From the NCBI GenBank assembly GCA_027923505.1, contig BROI01000022.1, positions 248,001-312,000 on the forward strand: a DNA stretch of 64,000 nucleotides, given 5' to 3'. The stretch comes from Mayamaea pseudoterrestris. Its lineage: Eukaryota. Below, one piece after another: positions 56,803 through 64,000 of this stretch (positions are counted from its first letter, which is position 1; each line of letters opens with the position of its first letter). The position numbers and the translations under genes were made by a program. Under the pieces are notes generated by a model. It was not told the DNA's origin. It searched no databases and saw nothing but the letters and a program-made list of their open reading frames with translations.

Positions 56803-58275
56803 ATGGGCAACAGAGAACCATGGGTTATTCGTGGAAGTATTGTGACGGTTGCTGATCAGCCGTTTGGAAGCAAAGCGGTTCCCAGAGAAACGGACATTGC
56901 AATCGACCTTGGTGCTGGAATCTCAATTTTGCTGGATCATGTGCTTTCTGTCGACAAGGATGGCTTCATAATCCGGCTAATTCCAGCAAGATCACTTCAA
57001 CAGACTGAAATCGATTCCTTTCAGACGCTGGACAGTTTCATTCAGCTTGAAAATGATGAGTTTCTTTGTCCAGGAATGATTGATTTGCACATTCATGCGC
57101 CGCAATATGCCTACACAGGAACCGCAACGGATCGACCACTCATGGGAGAAAATGGTTGGCTCGAATCATATGCCTTTCCTGCGGAGCAACGACTACAAGG
57201 CAACCCAGAATTGGCTCGACAAGTGTTTGATGGTGTCGTGCAAAGGACGCTGCGAACGGGTACTACAACGGCAGTCTATTATGGGACTTTGCACCTGCAG
57301 CCTTGTCAACAATTCTTCGATGCAGCCATGCACTTTGGACAGCGAGCTCTAGTTGGCAAAGTATGCATGGATAGAAACTCTCCGGACAACTACTGTCAAA
57401 CACTGGAGGAGAATATATCAGAGACTGAGCAATTTATTCAATATATTCACGCCAAGGCTGGAAAAAGGGTGCGCTCAAATGATTGCCCTTTGCCTCTCGT
57501 GTTACCCGTTGTAACACCTCGATTCATTCCAACATGCACTCCGGAGCTGTTGACGTGGCTTGGCAAGATGGCAGCTGTTTATGATTGTCACGTTCAGACT
57601 CATTTGAGCGAATCGCATGATGAGGTTTCCTATTCACGGCAACTAGATGCTACACAAGACTACAAGGACGGCATTGGCCGGACCGACGCTGAAATATTAG
57701 ACTCGCATCAGTTGCTGACCGAGCAGTGCATTCTAGCCCACGCCGTGCACATGACTACGGCTGACATGGATCTATTGAAACGCCGTGGGTCTGCCGTCGC
57801 CCATTGTCCACTCTCCAACATGTTTTTCGCTGGAGGCTCGCTGCACTGCCGCATGCTAATGGAGCGAGGCAACAAGGTTGGCCTCGGAACGGACGTGGCT
57901 GGTGGCTACAGTCCGTCCATGCTAGATTCGTGTCGAACAGCCGTCATAGCTTCGCGGGCCATTGAGCATCAATGCTTGGCTCATGGGCAAACGCAGGAGC
58001 TGCAAGCGCAGCAGCATGTCATGGATTATCGGCATGCCTTTTACTTGGCCACCGTCGGAGGAGCAAAGGCTTTGGGCTTGGAAGGCAAGATTGGTAACCT
58101 GCAAGTTGGTGCAGAGTTTGATGCCATGATCTTGTCGACCAATGTGCAACAAAGTTCCGTGCAAGTCTTTGACGACGATACGTTGGCCGATATCTTTCAA
58201 AAACTGCTAGTCTTGGGTGACGATCGCCACGTTAAGCGAGTCTTTGTGCAGGGTCGCGATGTCACCGTTGATTGA
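56803..58275 (+). CDS. GDA: Guanine deaminase (amidohydrolase superfamily)
   Basis: PGMIDLHIHAPQY, GKVCMDRN, TPRF, QTHLSES, AHAVH, HCPLSN, GLGTDVAGG, GDDRHV; likely start MGNREPW at 56803. Confidence 0.96.
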   Translation: MGNREPWVIRGSIVTVADQPFGSKAVPRETDIAIDLGAGISILLDHVLSVDKDGFIIRLIPARSLQQTEIDSFQTLDSFIQLENDEFLCPGMIDLHIHAPQYAYTGTATDRPLMGENGWLESYAFPAEQRLQGNPELARQVFDGVVQRTLRTGTTTAVYYGTLHLQPCQQFFDAAMHFGQRALVGKVCMDRNSPDNYCQTLEENISETEQFIQYIHAKAGKRVRSNDCPLPLVLPVVTPRFIPTCTPELLTWLGKMAAVYDCHVQTHLSESHDEVSYSRQLDATQDYKDGIGRTDAEILDSHQLLTEQCILAHAVHMTTADMDLLKRRGSAVAHCPLSNMFFAGGSLHCRMLMERGNKVGLGTDVAGGYSPSMLDSCRTAVIASRAIEHQCLAHGQTQELQAQQHVMDYRHAFYLATVGGAKALGLEGKIGNLQVGAEFDAMILSTNVQQSSVQVFDDDTLADIFQKLLVLGDDRHVKRVFVQGRDVTVD

Positions 58276-58556
58276 TGATGCTGTTAAGAGGATTAGGAAG
58301 CTATGCTAAAATAATAGTTGTGGAGCATTTCAATAAGTTCCGTACTTGCTAGACGGATGAAGTAATACTTCGGTTATTGCTTCACGGACGGTGCGGCGCT
58401 AGATGGATGTGATTGTAAATATGTTCTACAATATGTAAAGTTTCAATAACAAAGATGCCTTAACAAAGTATACAGCTATGGCATAAGGATCGTATGCAAT
58501 TCCATTTCCAATTTCCAAGGCGCGCGCGCCACCAAAATGAACGTTATCAACACTAT

Positions 58557-58949
58557 CTAACCATTGATACTCAACGAAGACGGAGCCGCTGACGGAGCCG
58601 CTTTCGAACCTTTCGAACCCTTGGATACTTTGGGCGCAGCACTCGGAACCTTGCTCATCAAAGCAGGCGCAACACTTGGAGCCTTGCTGATGGCGACGGG
58701 CGCGGTGGTTGGGTCGCACGGAAAGATTCTCGTTCCAGCCTTGCGAAAGAACTTCTTTCGGAGCACCTTGCATCTCGCGTTGCCCGCCGTCTTGGTGGGG
58801 CAGTCCCTGGTGATGCAGTACTCAAAGCAGAGCGCCAAGGGACGGCGACCTTCCAAGCTGCTGCAGGGATCCGGCTTCTTCATACCCATGCTTCCCTTGC
58901 CGTAGACCATGACCATGACAGCCGAGAGAATCAACGCAAACAACTTCAT
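58557..58949 (-). CDS. Small secreted basic protein (130 aa): six-Cys module + Lys/Ser/Ala/Pro tail with KxxK motifs (silaffin-like)
   Basis: MKLFALILSAVMVMVYG signal peptide; KGSMGMKK; six Cys; SKAPSVAP, SKVPSAAP, KVSKGSKGSKAAPSAAPS. Confidence 0.75.
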   Translation of the reverse strand: MKLFALILSAVMVMVYGKGSMGMKKPDPCSSLEGRRPLALCFEYCITRDCPTKTAGNARCKVLRKKFFRKAGTRIFPCDPTTAPVAISKAPSVAPALMSKVPSAAPKVSKGSKGSKAAPSAAPSSLSING

Positions 58950-59326
58950 ATCAAAAGGTTTGTGGTTTGCTGAGGTGAGATATGGAAGAATATGGAGGTT
59001 ATGAGAAGATATGAATGAATGAGCGATTTGATTTGTGACCTCACACATGGCTTTTTCGGCGTTTCTGACTTGCATTCGGAAAAGGGGCAATTGGCAAGAT
59101 TTAGGAATTTGGAATCCAATCACTTGGATGAATACTACCGTTTCCACAGCCACGAAAGATCGAGTCGTGTGAAGGATACCACGTTGCGCCGGCCGAAATC
59201 TCGAATGACCGCGCGATGACCGGTCGAGTCGCACGTATGCCGACGACGGATGGAGCAGACTTGCACCAGCAGCAACATCCTTCGTCCATTGTGTATCTAT
59301 CTTCGGAACTCTACTCTTGATCAGTC

Positions 59327-60547
59327 ATGGTAGCCATCAACAACCGTCGCGTCCGCGCAGGTGGACTCATGAGGGGCTTGGTGGGCTTGATCGGCGATAT
59401 ATTTTTCTATGCACTCATGTTCTTGGCACTTTTGCTAATGACGATCAATCTCAAGGAAACGTTCGACTCAATCTATCATTCCGTGGATCTCACACAGATC
59501 AAAAGCAGCTTGAAGAGTGTCGTCAAGACATCGCCTACATCCATGACGGATGCTCCGGTTGTTCCGGTCAACATTGAAAGTTGTACAGCCGCTCAGCTAT
59601 CAACAATCCAAGTACAACTACCCAGCAAAGAATGTTTGGAGAACAAGGACCAACCGTACAGTTACGGAGGCATGTGCTCCTTCTCATACGCGACTCGCTG
59701 TCCCCAGCCGCGCTGGCTCCATGATTACTACAAGGGTCTTAAAGCGACAGGCCAGCAACGACAAGCGATTTATGTGGGTTCCAGCAGAGGGATTGACGCG
59801 ATCAACACCATGCGCATGCTCAGCTCCAATTCGACGTACGACAAGGCTCAATGGAGGCAGGTTGTATCTCAAAATATATTTGCATTAGAGAGTTGTCAAA
59901 GTCGAGTTGATCCAATTTACAGCATACCGGCAGAGGCGCCAATCTCGCAAGTCGAAATGCACTTGTTTGATACGACGCCCGAAGCAGTCAAGGAGCTCGT
60001 TCGAACACATGAAGCTCTCAAATTCGGATCAAACTTGAAAATTGTACACGCCAATGTCGCTTCGAGTGATGGAACGGTCAAGGCATCGGATGGGTCTGAC
60101 GTGAAGCAGTACAGACTGGACACTTACGCCAAGGCCAACATGGATTTGACTCGCCCCATCGACATGATGATCCTCAACCTTGGAGCAAATGATGTGCTAG
60201 TCTTGGATGCAGCGGTAGAGACGCTAGCCAAAACAAATTACTTTGAAATGGATTACAACTGGAAGGATGGCTGGTCACAGTACTCCCTGTCGCCGATTAT
60301 TGCGCGCCTCAAAAGAAACGACTTTGTCTGCTACTGGCCAGGAACAGGCGGCAATCTTTGGCGCATTACTGATTGCTTTCAAGATTACTACAATATCAAA
60401 ATGTGGTCACGTTTCGCTTGCGTCAAGAAGAGTCACGCCGGTCTGTTCAACATTATGGAGGACTACTTTAACAAGACGCTCGAAGCTGGCGCTCGCATTC
60501 AGTACAAGGATCGTAACACTGCTGAAACTAATGGACGAGGCATATAA
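59327..60547 (+). CDS. Type II membrane FkbM-family (Methyltransf_21)-like protein
   Basis: N-terminal TM helix; IYVGSSRG, RLDTY, IDMMILNLGANDVLVL, YFEMDYNW, FVCYWPG..LWRITDC...W pattern. Confidence 0.75.
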   Translation: MVAINNRRVRAGGLMRGLVGLIGDIFFYALMFLALLLMTINLKETFDSIYHSVDLTQIKSSLKSVVKTSPTSMTDAPVVPVNIESCTAAQLSTIQVQLPSKECLENKDQPYSYGGMCSFSYATRCPQPRWLHDYYKGLKATGQQRQAIYVGSSRGIDAINTMRMLSSNSTYDKAQWRQVVSQNIFALESCQSRVDPIYSIPAEAPISQVEMHLFDTTPEAVKELVRTHEALKFGSNLKIVHANVASSDGTVKASDGSDVKQYRLDTYAKANMDLTRPIDMMILNLGANDVLVLDAAVETLAKTNYFEMDYNWKDGWSQYSLSPIIARLKRNDFVCYWPGTGGNLWRITDCFQDYYNIKMWSRFACVKKSHAGLFNIMEDYFNKTLEAGARIQYKDRNTAETNGRGI

Positions 60548-61441
60548 ACTATAGGTTAAGCAGTCAGAAAGTGAGAAGATGCATTTATGTTTATGGGCCT
60601 TTAGTTTGTAGTGTATAAATCGGTTCTGTAATTGTAAGTAAATATGAGTACATGACCTTGGGTGCATGCATGCTATGAGGTTTGAGCGCGACAGCTCCGC
60701 TGAAATGATTCAAAAGAGTAATGAATGGCTTCTTTCTATTTGATGTACTTGGATCGAGCCTTGTCAAAGGTCGTGGATTTGGTTGTCGCAACCATGTGAG
60801 CCTTCCACATGCTATGCAGCAAGGTTGCGTCTACGGTATCTTCTTGGAGAGGCGACCGTGTTGGGCGAAGCTGCGCTGGATGACAACGCTGCGGAGCCTT
60901 GGGTGCAATCATTCCAGACAGCTTTGGTGAGCGAACGAGTCGCCACATGTTAAAAAGGGTTTTCAGCGAGAAATCCCGGGTTTATCGTCACTTCTTGTCG
61001 ACGTTGTAGGTTTGAGCAACGCTAATTCTCGAGCTGCGGAGAGGAAGTTCAAATACAACCCGCAAGTTCGATTCAGATCTAGCATTAACCAGCGTTTATT
61101 CAAAATTGCTTATGCGATTGATTGTATTGGACGTTGTGGAATGGCTTTGATGCAAGGCTTCACATCAATCTCGTCGTGTCATCGTCGTCGTCGCGCTTTG
61201 ATGCGATGAATCTGGATGCTGGCACGTTTGAAATGAAAACGTCATATTCGTCATAATGACCTAAATGAGTCATGTGAGTTACTCCAGTTACGAATGAAGA
61301 ACAAGCGGGATCAAAATGACCTTCTGTTTGCGGTTCGCGTCCTTGACATCGTTTTGCAGTCAAATTTTGACACAAGGTTGCAATGCACAGTCTGCTCTTA
61401 GCATTGGCATTTCAAAAGACAATTAACAGCGATAACGAAAC

Positions 61442-61891
61442 ATGATCAAGAAGGTGTCCCATCGTGTCTTTGCCTTGGGTCTTTTGGGTTTAATGACCAA
61501 TCTGCATTGCTTGGACGCTCTGGCTTTCTCGACCCGACGAGGCGTCATGACACCAAGCATGACCATCGCCTTACCATCCGAAAAGGGAGACAGATCCATC
61601 TTTCCTCGCCAACAGAAGAATAGCTACGACAATGCTCCACTTGTTTCTACACGCATCGTCGTACCTGCTCCGCTGGAGTCGATACCACAAGCAACAGTCC
61701 AACCATTGGTATCAACAATGCTCGAGCTACCTCGACGACAAGTACTGCTAGATGTAATAGAAAGCCAAGATGATTTCATGTTTCAGTCAGAGATTGTCAT
61801 TGGTCGAATCGTCATGATTGGTATGATTCTTGCCATGGCCGGAGACTTGATTGCCAGCATTGGTTGCTCGGATTCGCTGCTGCCTCAATAA
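61442..61891 (+). CDS. Small plastid-targeted protein with a single degenerate LHC-motif helix (OHP/HLIP-like)
   Basis: Signal peptide ending ...LDALAFS; C-terminal SEIVIGRIVMIG resembling ExxNGRxAMxG followed by a hydrophobic helix. Confidence 0.6.
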   Translation: MIKKVSHRVFALGLLGLMTNLHCLDALAFSTRRGVMTPSMTIALPSEKGDRSIFPRQQKNSYDNAPLVSTRIVVPAPLESIPQATVQPLVSTMLELPRRQVLLDVIESQDDFMFQSEIVIGRIVMIGMILAMAGDLIASIGCSDSLLPQ

Positions 61892-62662
61892 CGAAAATCA
61901 CTCATGCCTTGGCTTTCCCATCGCCTTGCACAAGCTGCACGCGCTAGAATACATTTCAAGAATAAATCATAATGTACTGATTACTCTCCATGCTAGCCAA
62001 ATTGATCGATTTTACTATCAAGTGTGTACGGAATGCGAGTGGGGTTTTAGTGACTATGATGACAAGCGCCTGAATAGTCCGTTAGTTCATTTTAGAAACG
62101 AGCCGTCTACTGGATACAAGCCTGGTGTATAGCGCCGGTCCAGGTCTTGCCCGTCTTGAAAATCCCAACTCGTTTAGCAAAGCAGCTTGAGAAATATTTT
62201 AATCTCCAATGACGACCAGGGCATCTCCGAGGACCAGCACTAACTGTAAACGCTAAGGATGAATATGCTGGCTGGCTTGCTGCCAGCGGATGATAGTTGT
62301 TCTTGTACTACCGCTGCTCTTTCCTAGCTAGTATATCTCAGAAAGAAGGAAAACTTTGCAATGTGTTGTCCACCGCGTGCAAGGCAACACTCAAATATCA
62401 CATGATTTTATCGGGTAATCTCGTAATGTACTCGGTATACGAAGAGCATGTACTTTTCAAAACCAACAAAGCTGAAACTAATTTAATCTCCAGTGTGAGC
62501 AACTCTAGTAGTAAACCACCACGACATTTCTTGGCGCATGACGGCTGCTCTCCATTTGTTGTGGATTGCTAAGACAGTGTCGACGCTTCAAATTCTTTTG
62601 TTTTGGTCTAACTTTTTCATCGCTAAGAGTAAAGTCAACTGTAACACCAAACTGTATAATTA

Positions 62663-64000
62663 TTATGTCGCACTGTTTGCGGAATTAGCTTGGCTACCAT
62701 TCTGCCTTTCGCGAATCACTCGCATGCGCTCCTGGTGCCTTTGCAAAGCAATCTCGTTACGCATCTGGAAAGATGCGGCTGACGACGCCCCTCCATATCG
62801 TTGCGTCATCTTTTCTAACAGCAACGCCTCCTTTCCCTTGAATTTCTCCATGATAATGTCGATCCGGTCAACTTTGGCTTGGTCGTGCTGCTCCAGAAGT
62901 GCCAGCACTTGCTCCCGAATCTTCAGCGTCTCATCTCTTTCAGACGCAGCAGTGTCAACTGGAGCTGCTGACTCGTTTGCTACCTTCGAACTAGACACTA
63001 ATGCGGCCGGTGTCTGCGCTCGCGTCGGGGTTGACATTGTGGGTCTTGGCCTTGAGCCAAGTACTTCATCGCGCCTTGCTCGCACGTTGGATGCAGCATG
63101 ACCAGTCCTCTCCTGACGCAGTTTCTTGCTGGCAGTATCCAGCTCGCTCTCCTTTTCTTCAAGCTTGCGCTCAAGCGTTCCAATCTTGCTCTTCATCTTG
63201 CCAACCTGTTGTTGCAGCGTACGCTGCTCTTGGCGAGCAGTTTCGAGTTCGTCCGCCACTGCCTCTCTTGCTGATTTCTCCTTCTGCCAGCGAGCAGCCA
63301 TGTCATCGTTATTCTTTCTTAGCATTTCAAGCGTCTTGCTGTCTGTCTTGCTCTGGGATCGCGTTGTAGATAGATTCTTTAGCTTGTCCTGCACTCGCGC
63401 ATTGTCGCGCTTAAGGCTGTGCAGCTGGGTCTCGCTGCGCTCTTTCGCGCGCGTTAACGCCTTCATCTCTTCTGTCAGAGCCTTGACAGTCTCTTCAAGG
63501 TTTTTGCTAGTAACATTTCGCTGAGCGGCGCCAATCTGGATGCGACGCACTCTGGTGGCAAACTGCAATGCGTGAACGGACTCATCATACGAATGGTCAT
63601 TCGGACAAATGGCAACAATCATCATTGTTCTGGAATTGCCACCAAGTGAATCTTGCAATAGGTACGTAAGTTTACTGTCTCGGAAAGGGATGTGCGAAGC
63701 CTTTCGGTCTAACGCTTCCATGACATTTCCAAGCGCTGAAAGACTCTTGTTGATGAAGCCAGCCTCTTTCAACTGATCGCCTGATACATTACTCTTGCGG
63801 ACACGCTCGGAACCCGCCAGATCCACTAGGTACAGCGTCCCATTATTCGATATTTCTTTTCCGGTTCCCGACGTGACCTGCACCATTAGAACCATGTGCG
63901 AGCGACTACTATGCTCATTGAGGTCTGTCGCTGCAGTGGCCCGATTGGAATTACCGCGCTTGAGAAGCTCCATTACCTCCTGAATGCTGTGCACTTTCTC
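62663..64000 (-). CDS. Kinesin motor protein (kinesin-14-like) with C-terminal coiled coil; 5' end outside the window
   Basis: NEHSSRSH, LVDLAGSER, INKSLSALG, HIPFRDSKLT, DSLGGNSRT, FATRV. Confidence 0.95.
   Translation of the reverse strand, partial: EKVHSIQEVMELLKRGNSNRATAATDLNEHSSRSHMVLMVQVTSGTGKEISNNGTLYLVDLAGSERVRKSNVSGDQLKEAGFINKSLSALGNVMEALDRKASHIPFRDSKLTYLLQDSLGGNSRTMMIVAICPNDHSYDESVHALQFATRVRRIQIGAAQRNVTSKNLEETVKALTEEMKALTRAKERSETQLHSLKRDNARVQDKLKNLSTTRSQSKTDSKTLEMLRKNNDDMAARWQKEKSAREAVADELETARQEQRTLQQQVGKMKSKIGTLERKLEEKESELDTASKKLRQERTGHAASNVRARRDEVLGSRPRPTMSTPTRAQTPAALVSSSKVANESAAPVDTAASERDETLKIREQVLALLEQHDQAKVDRIDIIMEKFKGKEALLLEKMTQRYGGASSAASFQMRNEIALQRHQERMRVIRERQNGSQANSANSAT

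Overview
Compact, gene-dense eukaryotic nuclear DNA, most likely from a diatom (short 73-112 bp GT-AG introns, bipartite signal + 'SAF/AF' plastid-targeting leaders, diatom-type ankyrin and FkbM families, a KxxK-rich secreted protein). About 21 protein-coding genes lie in three blocks (3.5-10.7, 13.8-25.2 and 43.5-64 kb): a longin-like protein, inositol 5-phosphatase, Msp1/ATAD1-type AAA ATPase, SAM-methyltransferase-like protein, two ankyrin proteins, RCC2-like protein, plastid ABC1 kinase, mitochondrial pyruvate kinase, biotin ligase, TEX264-like GyrI protein, granulin-like/alpha-beta hydrolase fusion, UBAP2L-like RGG protein, MFSD8-like transporter, FAM98, IF1-like peptide, guanine deaminase, silaffin-like small protein, FkbM-like protein, one-helix LHC-like protein and a partial kinesin-14. 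The dominant non-genic feature is an ~18 kb gene desert (25.3-43.4 kb) holding two adjacent, different satellite arrays: ~46 copies of a 181-bp unit and ~14 copies of a ~356-bp unit that is itself an old dimer of ~178-bp halves, each carrying a 27-bp perfect palindrome whose arms differ in a compensatory way. Both arrays and an adjacent pseudogene show CpG-decay signatures; the locus is a candidate satellite centromere or heterochromatin block. Smaller repeats (1-kb tandem duplication, 42-bp minisatellite with 6-mer higher-order structure, 51-bp hairpin repeat found at two repeat/gene borders) occur at 1-3.2 kb and 13.1-13.7 kb. No rRNA, tRNA, CRISPR array or intact transposase was recognised. 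All protein assignments are by eye from motifs, not from database searches.
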